Source of the DNA: Psychrobacter sp. DM4
GTDB lineage: Bacteria; Pseudomonadota; Gammaproteobacteria; Pseudomonadales; Moraxellaceae
NCBI RefSeq assembly: GCF_051307035.1
Contig: NZ_CP195536.1
Coordinates: 960,001 to 992,000 of the forward strand
Length of the DNA stretch: 32,000 nucleotides
Reading direction: 5' to 3'
The position numbers and the translations under genes are program-made. Positions 19,831 to 31,188 of the stretch are shown one piece after another (the first letter of the stretch is position 1; each line of letters starts with the position of its first letter). A model generated the notes under the pieces. The model had not been told where the DNA came from. It did not search any database and saw only the letters and a list, made by a program, of their open reading frames with translations.

Positions 19831-19866
19831 AAAATGCCAGTCAATGAGAGTTGACTGGCGTTTTTG
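19831..19866. terminator. Bidirectional terminator between the NSS operon (+) and tgt (-)
   Basis: Stem GCCAGTCAA (19836-19844) / TTGACTGGC (19851-19859), with an A-run upstream and GTTTTT downstream. Confidence 0.75.
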
Positions 19867-19927
19867 GCTTTGTAATATCTCAGGCTGATAAAGTAAAAGT
19901 GACTATATCTAGTCGCCATTATGATAG

Positions 19928-21121
<1,194 letters not shown>

Positions 21122-21335
21122 TCACCACTAACAATTAGTTTGGCTACAGATATCTATATAACAAACTGTAAATCTGCCACTACCCTAAAGACACAGACAT
21201 AAGTCTCATATTGTTGCTACAGTAGCCAAAGTAATAAAATCAACGATTATTACAATATCGCTCAAAATTATGATAACCCTTTTATTCACAATTTATCTTG
21301 TTATGTGCAAGTTATTTTAGTGCGGGAGACACAAC

Positions 21336-21968
21336 ATGAAATCTATCTTCTATCTGTCTCTTGGCAGTTTGTTATTCGCATCAGGAGCCGCTATGGCCGT
21401 CGAAGAGCCCGATTACACTGTAATAAGTCAATCAGATGAGTTTGAGCTACGTCGTTATGATTCACAAATTGTGGCACAGACGTTAGTATCGGGAGATCAG
21501 AAGGATGCGAGTAACAAAGGCTTTAAAGTACTCGCCGATTTCATTTTTGGTAATAACACGGCGCCAAGTGGGGAAAGCAGCAAGATTAGTATGACAGCAC
21601 CAGTCAAAATGCAGCCCTCGCAAGAGATTGCTATGACTGCTCCTGTAACTATTCAAAATAATGGGCAACAAACTGATGGCAAATGGCGCGTACGTTTTGT
21701 GATGCCAAGTCAGTACACTATGCAGACACTGCCAAAACCAAATAATCCAGCAGTTGAGATCATCGAAGTACCAATGCAAACTTATGGTGTCATCAAATTT
21801 TCAGGGTTTACTGGAAGCAATAAAGTAGATGATAAGACAGAAGAATTACGCACGTGGATACAGGGTCAAAATCTGACACCTACAGGTGATCCTGAGCTGG
21901 CGCGTTATGATACGCCGTGGACGTTACCGTTTTTACGCCGCAATGAGGTGATGATCCGCTATCAATAA
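21336..21968 (+). CDS. SOUL/HBP-family heme-binding-like protein, secreted
   Basis: Signal peptide 'MKSIFYLSLGSLLFASGAAMA'. 'VEEPDYTVI...FELRRYD' and the C-terminal 'ARYDTPWTLPFLRRNEVM' are typical of SOUL-family proteins. RBS 'gggaga'. Confidence 0.8.
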   Translation: MKSIFYLSLGSLLFASGAAMAVEEPDYTVISQSDEFELRRYDSQIVAQTLVSGDQKDASNKGFKVLADFIFGNNTAPSGESSKISMTAPVKMQPSQEIAMTAPVTIQNNGQQTDGKWRVRFVMPSQYTMQTLPKPNNPAVEIIEVPMQTYGVIKFSGFTGSNKVDDKTEELRTWIQGQNLTPTGDPELARYDTPWTLPFLRRNEVMIRYQ

Positions 21969-22001
21969 GCACATGCAATGTTGATTAAATAATACCCAAA
22001 T

Positions 22002-22030
22002 AAAAAGACAGCAATCGCTGTCTTTTCTTT
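22002..22030. terminator. Bidirectional terminator between the SOUL gene (+) and asd (-)
   Basis: AAAAGACAGC (22003-22012) / GCTGTCTTTT (22017-22026), loop AATC, with A/T runs on both sides. Confidence 0.75.
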
Positions 22031-22043
22031 GTTTAAACGTAGA

Positions 22044-23177
22044 TTAGTTATTTTGCTCACGAATGATACCCAGCATACGACGCAAGGGTTCTGCTGCGCC
22101 CCACAGTAGTTGATCGCCGACGGTAAAAGCGCCAAGATACTCAGGACCCATATTCAGCTTACGTAAGCGCCCTAATGCTACGGTTAGAGTACCAGTCACG
22201 GCAACTGGCGTTAAACGGTTGATCGTGGCCTCTTTATCATCTTCAACCACATCAAGCCACTGATTGCCGCTATTTTTTAGAGCGTTTTCGATCTCATCAA
22301 GAGGAATATCCTTTTTAAGCTTGATCGTTAAGCCTTGCGCGTGACAGCGCATGGCACCAATACGCACACACATACCATCGATAGGGACATTGCTATTAGC
22401 GTCATTGCCCAAGATTTTATTGGTTTCAACGCCGCCTTTCCATTCCTCTTTTGACTGCTTGTTATCCATTTGCACATCGATATAAGGAATCAGGCTACCT
22501 GCGAGCGGTACTCCGAAATACTGCTGAGGAAAGTCTGCTGAACGCTGCGTATCAGCGATCTTTTTATCGATATCTAAGATAGCACTAGCAGGATTGACAA
22601 GTTCACTCTCAACCGCATTGTGCAACACACCCATACCGCTGATCAGCTCGCGCATATTATTCGCGCCAGAGCCACTCGCTGCTTGATAAGTCATGGCGCT
22701 AACCCATTCAACCCAGCCTCTATTGAACAGCTCACCGATAGCCATTAGCATAAGGGAGACAGTACAGTTACCACCGATAAAGTCTTTGGTACCGTTAGCT
22801 AACGCGGTATCAATAACGCTACGATTGACCGGATCTAAAATGATGATACTGTTATCCTTCATGCGTAACGTACTCGCCGCATCAATCCAGTAGCCATTCC
22901 AGCCGCTATCACGCAGCGGCTGGTGAACCTTTTGTGTGTAGTCGCCACCTTGGCAGGTAATAATGACATCACAGCCAGTTAACGCCTCAATATCATGAGC
23001 ATCTTTTAGCTGATTGGTCTTAACACCCTCGAATTTTGGCGCGTCGCCACCAGCATTACTGGTTGAGAAGAATACGGGCGTCATACCATCAAAGTCGTTT
23101 TCTTCACGCATACGCTCTATCAGTACTGACCCAACCATACCGCGCCAGCCTACCAAACCCACTGTCAAATTTCTCAT
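22044..23177 (-). CDS. asd: Aspartate-semialdehyde dehydrogenase
   Basis: '[14 protein letters not shown]...[12 protein letters not shown]...' with the active-site Cys context. The preferred start is ATG at 23177 ([13 protein letters not shown]) with 'aggaa' 8 nt upstream. The track start at 23228 adds 17 non-homologous aa. Confidence 0.92.
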   Translation of the reverse strand: MRNLTVGLVGWRGMVGSVLIERMREENDFDGMTPVFFSTSNAGGDAPKFEGVKTNQLKDAHDIEALTGCDVIITCQGGDYTQKVHQPLRDSGWNGYWIDAASTLRMKDNSIIILDPVNRSVIDTALANGTKDFIGGNCTVSLMLMAIGELFNRGWVEWVSAMTYQAASGSGANNMRELISGMGVLHNAVESELVNPASAILDIDKKIADTQRSADFPQQYFGVPLAGSLIPYIDVQMDNKQSKEEWKGGVETNKILGNDANSNVPIDGMCVRIGAMRCHAQGLTIKLKKDIPLDEIENALKNSGNQWLDVVEDDKEATINRLTPVAVTGTLTVALGRLRKLNMGPEYLGAFTVGDQLLWGAAEPLRRMLGIIREQNN

Positions 23178-23563
23178 GAACCGTTTTCCTATTCTTTGAT
23201 TATCTGTAGCTATGCCAACCGATAACAATGCCGTTATTGCGCATAAAAATCAAGGTATTTCATAGTATTCCCTCAATTTTATAATAACTCGCCAGTATTA
23301 TTCCAAATTTATTGATTTGTTTGATATAGGTTGTTAATAAGCTGACGACTCAGTATTGACTTGAGGGATGCATACTGTTGTCTGGCTACGATTTTATATG
23401 TGTTATTTTTACGACATGCTAGGCTAAAAGGTAGGCGAGGGCGTCCTGAGATGCTAAAGTATGCTCTATTAAATGGCAGGTCACTACCAACGCTACTATA
23501 GTATGCTAGTAGCATCAGGGCGGTCTTTTATCACATTTTGGTTACTACGGGTTAATAAATTTT

Positions 23564-24703
23564 ATGGACTCCTCCTTCTTATATTATGGCGTACAAGTAC
23601 TGGCTGGATTCATCGCTTTTATTACGGCTTGGGGCTGGCTGCCACTAGACAACTGGTGGGTACGCGCCGTTGATTTTCCACGTATTCAAATTTTAGCTTT
23701 AGGTGTTATTGCTTGGATTGGGATGCTTATATTTTGGCCTGAATGGCAATTGGGTCAGTGGCTGCTATTTATTTCACTCAGTGGTACGCTCGCGTTTCAG
23801 CTAAGAATGGTGCTACCTTATACTAGAATATGGAAAAAAGAGGTACAAAAAGCCAAAGATAAACCCGATTTGCATCAAATCAAAATTATGGTGTCAAATG
23901 TATTAACGCCTAATGATGACACTCAAAAGCTAGTCGATCTGGTTGAACAAAAACAGCCTGATATCTTAATCACCCTTGAGTCAGATAAAAAATGGGAGCA
24001 GGCGCTTAGCGTTGTAGAAGAGGACTATCCCTATACGGTAAAGATACCTTTGGATAATCTTTACGGCATGCATCTGTATTCCAAGCTTGAACTTATTGAC
24101 CCTGAAGTTAAGTACCTGATGATCGATGATATACCCTCAATCCATACGCAGCTGCGCTTGCAAGAGGGACGCGTAATCTGGCTTTATTGCTTGCATCCTA
24201 TGCCACCAAGTCCAACTGAAGCGGACAAATCAACCACTCGTGATGCAGAGCTATTAATGGTTGGCAAACATATCAAAGAAAATGACCAAACAGCGATACT
24301 AGCAGGAGACTTGAACGACGTGGCTTGGTCCAAGACCACACGGCGTTTTCAGCGTATCTCAGGTCTATTAGATCCTCGTATCGGTCGACATTTTATCAAC
24401 ACCTTTCATGCCGACTATCCATTCTTACGCTGGGCACTTGATCATATCTTTCACAGTGCTTGCTTTACCGTTGTTGATATTCAGCGTATGCCATCTATCG
24501 GCTCTGACCATTTTCCTGTACTAACAACCTTACAATACGAGCCAGAAGAAGCGACCAAGCAAGAACAAAATGCTCCAACAAAAGACGCTGATGATATTGA
24601 AGAAGCTGACAACAAAATAGAGGAAGGCAAGGAAGATGGTAAGGAGATCTCAAAGGAGCATGCAAAAGATTCAAAAGCAGCGACATTAACAGCGGCACTT
24701 TAA
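23564..24703 (+). CDS. Endonuclease/exonuclease/phosphatase (EEP) family protein with an N-terminal membrane anchor
   Basis: About 90 aa of W/L/F-rich TM helices, then EEP motifs 'LAGDLNDVAWS' and 'GSDHFPV', then an E/K/D-rich tail of about 50 aa. Confidence 0.78.
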   Translation: MDSSFLYYGVQVLAGFIAFITAWGWLPLDNWWVRAVDFPRIQILALGVIAWIGMLIFWPEWQLGQWLLFISLSGTLAFQLRMVLPYTRIWKKEVQKAKDKPDLHQIKIMVSNVLTPNDDTQKLVDLVEQKQPDILITLESDKKWEQALSVVEEDYPYTVKIPLDNLYGMHLYSKLELIDPEVKYLMIDDIPSIHTQLRLQEGRVIWLYCLHPMPPSPTEADKSTTRDAELLMVGKHIKENDQTAILAGDLNDVAWSKTTRRFQRISGLLDPRIGRHFINTFHADYPFLRWALDHIFHSACFTVVDIQRMPSIGSDHFPVLTTLQYEPEEATKQEQNAPTKDADDIEEADNKIEEGKEDGKEISKEHAKDSKAATLTAAL

Positions 24704-24938
24704 GTGGTATAAGTAATCGTCAATATGTAAGTATATGCTTACACAAAATAGCGCATTTAACCGCTAGCTGCGCTGTTTAAACTCACCTAAAATAGCGTTA
24801 TCAACACAAGGATGAGCATGGATGCGGTGTTGAGGTAATAGCACTATGAGCAGGTCAGTCCGCTGTCTTATACGGTGTTATTCCTGACTCAGGATGGGTC
24901 ATCAAGGAAGCAAAACAATAATAATATGAAGTACTAAG

Positions 24939-24978
24939 GCCCCAAACCCAATTGCCCTAGGTTTGGGGCTTTTCTTTG
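24939..24978 (+). terminator. Rho-independent terminator 235 nt downstream of the EEP gene (orphan)
   Basis: GCCCCAAACC (24939-24948) / GGTTTGGGGC (24960-24969), followed by TTTTCTTTG. Confidence 0.75.
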
Positions 24979-25017
24979 TCTGTAATCTTAAATTTTAGTA
25001 GTCAACAATTTATAAAG

Positions 25018-25058
25018 CAAAAAAAGCACATGACTTATAATGAGTCATGTGCTTTTTT
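25018..25058. terminator. Bidirectional terminator, serves surA on the minus strand
   Basis: GCACATGACT (25026-25035) / AGTCATGTGC (25043-25052), flanked by an A-run (25019-25025) and a T-run (25053-25058). It lies 28 nt beyond the surA stop. Confidence 0.8.
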
Positions 25059-25085
25059 ATCAAGCATCAATTAAGACTCTTTAAA

Positions 25086-26474
25086 TCAGTCTATTACTTG
25101 AACGTATGATCCCGCGCGTAGCTCTTGTAGCCAGTCTTCGCGCGCTTGTGGCGCTAGACGCTGATACAGAGTCTGACGCGCCATAGTACGGCGATATTCA
25201 TCACTAGCATCATAGTTGCGCGTATCGATTACTTTAAGAATATGCCAACCAAATTGGGTTTTGAATGGAGTTGAGTAATCTCCAACCGTAGTATTTTTCA
25301 TAGTAGCTTCGAATGAACCTACAGTATCAGCCTCGTTAACCCAATCAAGATCGCCACCACGTCCAGCTGAACCAGGGTCATCAGAGTAAGTAGAAGCTAA
25401 AGCTGCAAAATCAGCCCCGCCTTGAAGCTGAGCGTACAAATCATTAATTTTTTGTTCTGCTAGAGCATCGGTTTGTAATTCGTCAACCTTAACCAAGATA
25501 TGACTCGTACGCCACTGCGGAACCATCATCGTGTCGCCTGATTTTTTGCTAGCCAACTTAATAATATCAATACCTTCAGGCGTCACGAGCGGCGCGCTAA
25601 CAGCACCTACCTCAAGCTTTGTAATTTCACTAGACAATTCAGTTGGCAATGAGGCGGCTTTGTGAAAGCCCATATCACCGCCTTGTATAGGAATAGGGTA
25701 AGTGCCTTGCGTGGCAGCAATAGCAGCGTCAATATCTGTATTTGGCTGTAACAAACGCGTGCGTAGATCTTCAGCTACCTTTAGAGCTTCATCTCGCTGC
25801 GCCTGTGACAAGCGGCTGTAATCGTCGATATAGGGAATACGAACATGGACAGTTTGGTATTCGCTTTGGTTTAAACGCTTAGCTTCAGGAGATGACAAAA
25901 AAGCATCAATATCTTGTTCGCTAATACGAACACGGTTGTTCACTTGACGCTGTTGTAGCGATTGTATCGCTGCATCTTCTATCAATTGTGCTCGTAATGC
26001 AGCATAACTACCGGCTTGACTGGCATCTAAACGCTGTTGCAATGCAGCTATACTACTAACGCCTTCAGCTTGAGCGATCTGACCTAGACGCTGATTGATT
26101 GCCGCATTGTCAGGCTTGATACCGACGCGATTGACTAATGAGAGTTGTAACTCACGTAGAATAAGAGCATTTAGCACCTCAGACTGCAATTGAGCAGAGC
26201 TCGCTATAGGTGTGCCTGCAGCTCTGGCTCGTGCTTGCGTTTGAGTAATAGCATCGATAAGATCGCTCTTTAAGATAGCATTGTCATTGACGATGGCAAT
26301 AATACCATCTGTACTGTTTGTCGACGTTAAGCGCTCGCTACTACCCTGAGTACTTGTGGTAGCTTGCGCTACAGGAGCTGTCACCGTAGCTGCTTGTGCG
26401 CTTAGACCCAGACTCATCATGCCCGTAGACAGTAGTACGGCGCAACTTATCTTATTTAAACAAAAAAATCTCAT
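25086..26474 (-). CDS. surA: Periplasmic chaperone/peptidyl-prolyl isomerase SurA
   Basis: Signal peptide 'MRFFCLNKISCAVLLSTGMMSLGLSAQA'. A SurA N-domain, two parvulin-like domains ('SHILVK...GGDLDWV...FGWHILKV') and the C-terminal 'REDWLQELR'. ATG 26474 has 'gaggaa' upstream, so the track start at 26528 is probably too long. Confidence 0.88.
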   Translation of the reverse strand: MRFFCLNKISCAVLLSTGMMSLGLSAQAATVTAPVAQATTSTQGSSERLTSTNSTDGIIAIVNDNAILKSDLIDAITQTQARARAAGTPIASSAQLQSEVLNALILRELQLSLVNRVGIKPDNAAINQRLGQIAQAEGVSSIAALQQRLDASQAGSYAALRAQLIEDAAIQSLQQRQVNNRVRISEQDIDAFLSSPEAKRLNQSEYQTVHVRIPYIDDYSRLSQAQRDEALKVAEDLRTRLLQPNTDIDAAIAATQGTYPIPIQGGDMGFHKAASLPTELSSEITKLEVGAVSAPLVTPEGIDIIKLASKKSGDTMMVPQWRTSHILVKVDELQTDALAEQKINDLYAQLQGGADFAALASTYSDDPGSAGRGGDLDWVNEADTVGSFEATMKNTTVGDYSTPFKTQFGWHILKVIDTRNYDASDEYRRTMARQTLYQRLAPQAREDWLQELRAGSYVQVID

Positions 26475-26635
26475 GATGTTCCTCATCAATGTCATTGTAT
26501 TGAATAGTAGTAAACTCACTACGCTCAAACCTTAAATTAAAAATGCTATTACAGCTTAAACTGTTATCTCAAATTAGTGGTGCTTGTGTGATAGGGTAGA
26601 ATCGTTTTTGATCTATTGTATGCAAATCTGAAACG

Positions 26636-29600
26636 CTAATCTTTCCATGCACTTTGTACGGGCTCAAAACCTAATACTTTGTCAGCGAGCAAACGGGTCA
26701 AGCGTCCGCTACTACTACCTAAGCCATTGAGCCTAACCTCTGCCATGATCGCTTCTGTAGGTTTGTCTGAGATGTTCAAGTCATTGTAATAACGACGACC
26801 ATAAACCGCAAAGCCGATACAGCAATCCTCGTAGTCGATACCGATCAACGAGTCGAGTACTTTTTCGCGGCGATAGTCATATTGTCCTTGTGCCAACACG
26901 CGCCATTTATCACTGACAGGAAATATTGCGGAGGCCGTAAACGCTGAAAGTGGCAGCTGATCTGTATTATCATCGCGCTGGCGCTTTACGTAGCCGATGT
27001 TAAATAAACTATTGTTTGAAGGCTGGAAACGCAGTTCAGTGGTGAAGTAGTTGAGGTCATAATTACTCGTCAGAGCACCGCTAACATCAACCCAAACATT
27101 ATTGTAAGGTTGCGTACTGGTGTTCCAGACAAGTCCTGAGGATGAAGCATTAAACAAAGAAGTCTCGTCGTCCAAAGTAACACGGCCATCGTCAATATAA
27201 AATTGCTCTGCAATGCTACCATCAAAACGTGTCACACCCGTTGCATCGATGTAACGATAGTTGACGCCTGGGGTAATGGCATGCAAATCTTGCAAACGGT
27301 CTTGACCCAAAAACCAGCTATCTGAAAATAGCTGCTCATAATTGATTGAGGCAATACGCGTGTTGAAGTTAGGAATATCGTTTTGATCCTCAAAAGGGGA
27401 GTAGGTGTATTTGAGTCTTGGGCTTAACAGCTGATAGCCGCCCATCGTATCGTCAAAAGCACCAAAAGGAGAGCCGGCTTGATAAAAATTCAAACCTGCA
27501 TCAATACTCACTTGCGGGACAAATACTGATTGACGTCCCTCCTCATCGCTTAGCTCGTTATCATCTAGACTATCCTCATCGTAAGAGGTATAAAGATGCT
27601 GTAAGCTAATTTTGGGTTTGATATAACCCCAAGGCTTTTGTACAGGATAAGCTGCACTCAACTTGTTATAAAGACGTACCCCACTTTTTTCGTCTTCAGA
27701 ACCGTCATCAATTGACTTTTTAAAATAGGCAGAGTCGTGAACCCCTGTGATATCAAAGTTCTCAGTCCATGGTAGTCTGTAGTTGAGCGATAATTGCGGC
27801 AGGCGTGAATAGGGCTTATCTTTGTCTTCTAACGCCTCACCATTATTATTAAAGGCATCCAAGGTTTGGAAAGTTTCAACCTTAAGCTCGCCATTGACAT
27901 AATCATTATAGTAATTTAAGCGTGCGCGGCGTGGTAAGTTCAAGGTATTGTCAGACAACCCCAAAGTGTCAAAATCGTTTAGATATTCCTCATCCGACAC
28001 ATAGCTATAAGTCGCATCGCCGCTTAAGCGAGGAATGTTAGTAGAGGACCAATAATGATCATAAAAAAAGCTAGTACGATCTTCATCATTGAACTCTTTA
28101 TCGTTGGGCAAATAAGAACCGTTAAAGATCCCCTCGCCATAGTTCTCGGTCAAGTAGCGAAACTCACCAGAGAGCATAGGGTTACGATTGGTATAAAGAT
28201 GAGTATTGATCGTAGCATCATAATTAGGTGATAAGTTCAGATAGTAAGGGACATCAATCTCAAGACCGCTCTCACTCTCAAAGCTAGCGCTTGGCAGTAA
28301 AAAACCGCTACTACGTCGACTATCGATAGGAAAATTAAAATAGGGTAGATAGAAAATGGGAATATCTGCTACTTTAAAAGTAGTGTTATAGGCCTCACCG
28401 CGGCCTGTTTCTGTGTCCAAATCAATAGTGCTCGCCTCCAATTGCCATTTGCGATCGGTGGGCGGGCAAGTCGAAAACATTACCTGATCAAGCTCATATT
28501 GAGTGTCGTTAGGTCGGTTGAGTTTTTTTGCATAACCATGTGCTTGTAGCGGCACACTGGCAAAGGCCACCCCATAAGCAGTAGCTTGAGAGGTATCCGT
28601 ACTATATGCTAGGCTATCAGCCACACCGATAAGCCCGCCACCAGTTGCTTCATCGGTTAACGTTCTTTTGTTAGTGGGTAGGCGCTTGATGGGCGCTTGG
28701 TTATTGCCCGCAGTGGTTGCCTGATCGGTGAATAAAACGTTACCTTGAGCACCTGCGATATTGTTATTTAAATCTAAGACGATTTTGTCAGCTTCTATAT
28801 GTTGCGTACCTTGATCGATAATCACATTGCCCGATAGCTCAGCATAATCGACACTGTCATAATAGCCATAATCAGACTCCGCATAGAGGGTAGCCTGAGC
28901 ATTTGCTACGTTTGAATCTTGATTGAGATCAGCATTACTCGCCCGTTTATAATTGGGACTACTGGTAGGATAGACCCACTGACCCTCGCAGCGTTGGCTA
29001 CTGTCTATGGCACTTGGTAATAGTTTTAGGTCAGTCCCCAACTGGCGTAGCGGCTGACGAGTGCTTTGCACAAGATCCTGCTCAATCCCTGTAGAGTCAT
29101 CTACCAAAGTACTATTAATAGAAGCGTTACTGAGCGTAGGTGGCAAGTTTATACTGGCTTGCGAGGTGCTGATGGTCTTATCAGGCGTCAGCTCATAAAA
29201 CTCGGCCAAGCGCATTAAGCTGTCTTGAATCGTCTCATCGCTGACATCTATAAGCGTATTATCAGGTACTGCGTCGGTCGATGAGGCATCGATAGATGAG
29301 CTTTGAGGTCGACTGACATCGTTGACTTTTAAAGACCCAGCAGTTTGGTTTTCATTATTATTTATCTGAGTGATTTCTAGGGTGTTAATATCAGAGACAT
29401 CGGTTAGTGTGCTGTCGTTGTCCGTGAGGTCATCAACAAAGCTGCCGTCTACAGCAGCGCTATTAACAACAAGAGTGTCATAGGTATCGGACCTCAAGCT
29501 ATTGTTGACACCAGAACGTGCAACGCTAGTATTATCCATGTTTGGCTGCGCGTCTGGAATATCAGCTGCGGTTGCAATCATGCTAGAGAGGCCTAGAGTA

Positions 29601-29653
29601 CCAAACAAGATCAGACGGATGCTTTGGTAAAGCGGAGAATATAACAAGGGCAC
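26636..29653 (-). CDS. lptD: LPS-assembly outer membrane protein LptD, with a long N-terminal extension
   Basis: OstA-like N-domain ('LSGNVIIDQGTQHIEADKIVLDLNN'), a large beta-barrel, and the conserved lptD-surA order. The GTG start at 29653 is uncertain by a few codons (TTG 29647 is an alternative). Confidence 0.88.
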   Translation of the reverse strand: MPLLYSPLYQSIRLILFGTLGLSSMIATAADIPDAQPNMDNTSVARSGVNNSLRSDTYDTLVVNSAAVDGSFVDDLTDNDSTLTDVSDINTLEITQINNNENQTAGSLKVNDVSRPQSSSIDASSTDAVPDNTLIDVSDETIQDSLMRLAEFYELTPDKTISTSQASINLPPTLSNASINSTLVDDSTGIEQDLVQSTRQPLRQLGTDLKLLPSAIDSSQRCEGQWVYPTSSPNYKRASNADLNQDSNVANAQATLYAESDYGYYDSVDYAELSGNVIIDQGTQHIEADKIVLDLNNNIAGAQGNVLFTDQATTAGNNQAPIKRLPTNKRTLTDEATGGGLIGVADSLAYSTDTSQATAYGVAFASVPLQAHGYAKKLNRPNDTQYELDQVMFSTCPPTDRKWQLEASTIDLDTETGRGEAYNTTFKVADIPIFYLPYFNFPIDSRRSSGFLLPSASFESESGLEIDVPYYLNLSPNYDATINTHLYTNRNPMLSGEFRYLTENYGEGIFNGSYLPNDKEFNDEDRTSFFYDHYWSSTNIPRLSGDATYSYVSDEEYLNDFDTLGLSDNTLNLPRRARLNYYNDYVNGELKVETFQTLDAFNNNGEALEDKDKPYSRLPQLSLNYRLPWTENFDITGVHDSAYFKKSIDDGSEDEKSGVRLYNKLSAAYPVQKPWGYIKPKISLQHLYTSYDEDSLDDNELSDEEGRQSVFVPQVSIDAGLNFYQAGSPFGAFDDTMGGYQLLSPRLKYTYSPFEDQNDIPNFNTRIASINYEQLFSDSWFLGQDRLQDLHAITPGVNYRYIDATGVTRFDGSIAEQFYIDDGRVTLDDETSLFNASSSGLVWNTSTQPYNNVWVDVSGALTSNYDLNYFTTELRFQPSNNSLFNIGYVKRQRDDNTDQLPLSAFTASAIFPVSDKWRVLAQGQYDYRREKVLDSLIGIDYEDCCIGFAVYGRRYYNDLNISDKPTEAIMAEVRLNGLGSSSGRLTRLLADKVLGFEPVQSAWKD

Positions 29654-30060
29654 ACCTATGATTGTCGAGCTTGACGAATGAATACAGCTATATAGTAAGA
29701 GTAAGGCAAATAAGCCTATTATGATAACCGTACTTTGCGGACTGTGCTATATAAAGTTTGCGAGTAGCAGATTATAATGCTGATAGGCAACATAGTCCCG
29801 CCCCTTTATAAATATCGGTAGTAATAGTGGTTTGCTGTGGTCAAAAAAAATCAAATCAGCTACACTGTTTAGCGAATTTTGTCAGGCACAAAACGCACCT
29901 CGGTATAGGTATACAAGTACTTCAATGCTAAATGTTACTAATGATAGAACACGTATCTGTCTATTTTAGCAAGTATCTGCCCTATTTATTAGTTTTAAAT
30001 ACCTAGGATAGCTGACGTCACTATTTTATTTATTCTCGAACAAAATCTTTAAGGCCTAAC

Positions 30061-31140
30061 ATGACTGACATCGCCGATCACCACCGCCAGCAGGAGCTCA
30101 ACGTTTGGCTTCAGCATACCTTTAATGACCAAGTTTTTATTTTAGATAGTCTCCCAGGAGATGCCAGCGCACGTCGTTATCATCGTATGCAACTGCTAGA
30201 GGATGACAGCGTCACCGCGCGTTATATTGTCATGGATTCAGCGGATGAGCAAGATACCATGCAGCAATTTATCACGGTTGCCAAGCTGATGACACCTGCC
30301 ATAAACGTTCCAACCTTGGTTGCACAAAATCTTGATAAAGGGTTTTTGATCTTGCAAGATTTTGGCGCTGTGGAGTTTGCGCACTTGTTGGTTGATGCCA
30401 CGCCTAAGCAAGTAAACCATTATTATCAGTCAGCAATGCAAACGCTCATCGACCTACAAAAAATCTCGGTTGAGACCGCAAAGCAGACGTATCAGCTGCC
30501 AAATTATGATGCGGCGATGCTAGAGCGTGAGATGGATTTATTCAGTGAGTGGTTCATCCCTTATATCGATGTGTCCCTTGATACCGCGCTTTGGGATACC
30601 CTAAAAACAGCCTTAGTTAATACAGTACTCTTGCAGCCGCAAGTGATTGTACACCGTGATTATCACAGTCGAAATTTGATGCAGGATCAAGCAGATCTGA
30701 GCCTCAATCATGTCGGTCTTGGCGTTATTGATTTTCAGGATGCGGTTATCGGCGCTTATAGCTATGATCTTGTCTCGCTAGTACGCGACGCTTATGTTGA
30801 CTGGTCAGAGCCGCAAGTATCTAACTGGATTGGTGAGTTTTGGCAATTACAACAGCAAGCGGGTTTAGTCACTGCCGCTAGTGCTGAGCAATTTGAGAGC
30901 GATGTCAACGTGATGGGCGTGCAGCGTCATCTAAAGGTGCTAGGTATCTTTATCCGTCTGTCCCAACGCGATGGCAAAGATCGTTATCTAGCGGACATCC
31001 CAAAGGTAATGCGCGATTTGCTCTTTGAGCTTGAGTGGCTAGCCGTTCATGTTAATGACGCCATAAAGCAATCTATAGTGCCGTTTAATAAATGGATGAC
31101 AGAAACGGTACTACCTGCTTATCAAATCAAGTTTGCTTAA
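30061..31140 (+). CDS. amgK: Aminoglycoside-phosphotransferase-fold kinase, probable N-acetylmuramate/N-acetylglucosamine kinase AmgK
   Basis: 'LPGDASARRYHRM', 'VHRDYHSRNLM' and 'IDFQDA' kinase motifs. Divergent from lptD and directly upstream of a MurU-like gene, the arrangement known from Pseudomonas. Confidence 0.72.
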   Translation: MTDIADHHRQQELNVWLQHTFNDQVFILDSLPGDASARRYHRMQLLEDDSVTARYIVMDSADEQDTMQQFITVAKLMTPAINVPTLVAQNLDKGFLILQDFGAVEFAHLLVDATPKQVNHYYQSAMQTLIDLQKISVETAKQTYQLPNYDAAMLEREMDLFSEWFIPYIDVSLDTALWDTLKTALVNTVLLQPQVIVHRDYHSRNLMQDQADLSLNHVGLGVIDFQDAVIGAYSYDLVSLVRDAYVDWSEPQVSNWIGEFWQLQQQAGLVTAASAEQFESDVNVMGVQRHLKVLGIFIRLSQRDGKDRYLADIPKVMRDLLFELEWLAVHVNDAIKQSIVPFNKWMTETVLPAYQIKFA

Positions 31141-31188
31141 CGATACCTCTAAATTTATTACGCCACTTTATTATACTAAGGAGCAGAT

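Noticed and set aside
23309-23673. 68-aa (minus) and 66-aa (plus) ORFs in the asd-EEP divergent intergenic region
   Set aside because: Neither has a convincing RBS. The plus-strand one overlaps the EEP start out of frame. The translations are compositionally odd (Y/R/L-rich). The region more likely holds promoters.
24845-24925. SRP (4.5S) RNA-like words: CAGGTCAGTCCG and AAGGAAGCA
   Set aside because: In genuine 4.5S RNA these elements are contiguous around a GGAA tetraloop (CAGGUCAGGUCCGGAAGGAAGCAGCC). Here they are about 45 nt apart, with no matching closing helix, so this looks like a chance resemblance.
29654-30060. 407-nt lptD/amgK divergent intergenic region, scanned for small ORFs, sigma54 or repeat elements
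   Set aside because: No ORF with an RBS, no TGGCAC-N5-TTGC motif and no repeats were found. Only generic AT-rich promoter-like hexamers are present.
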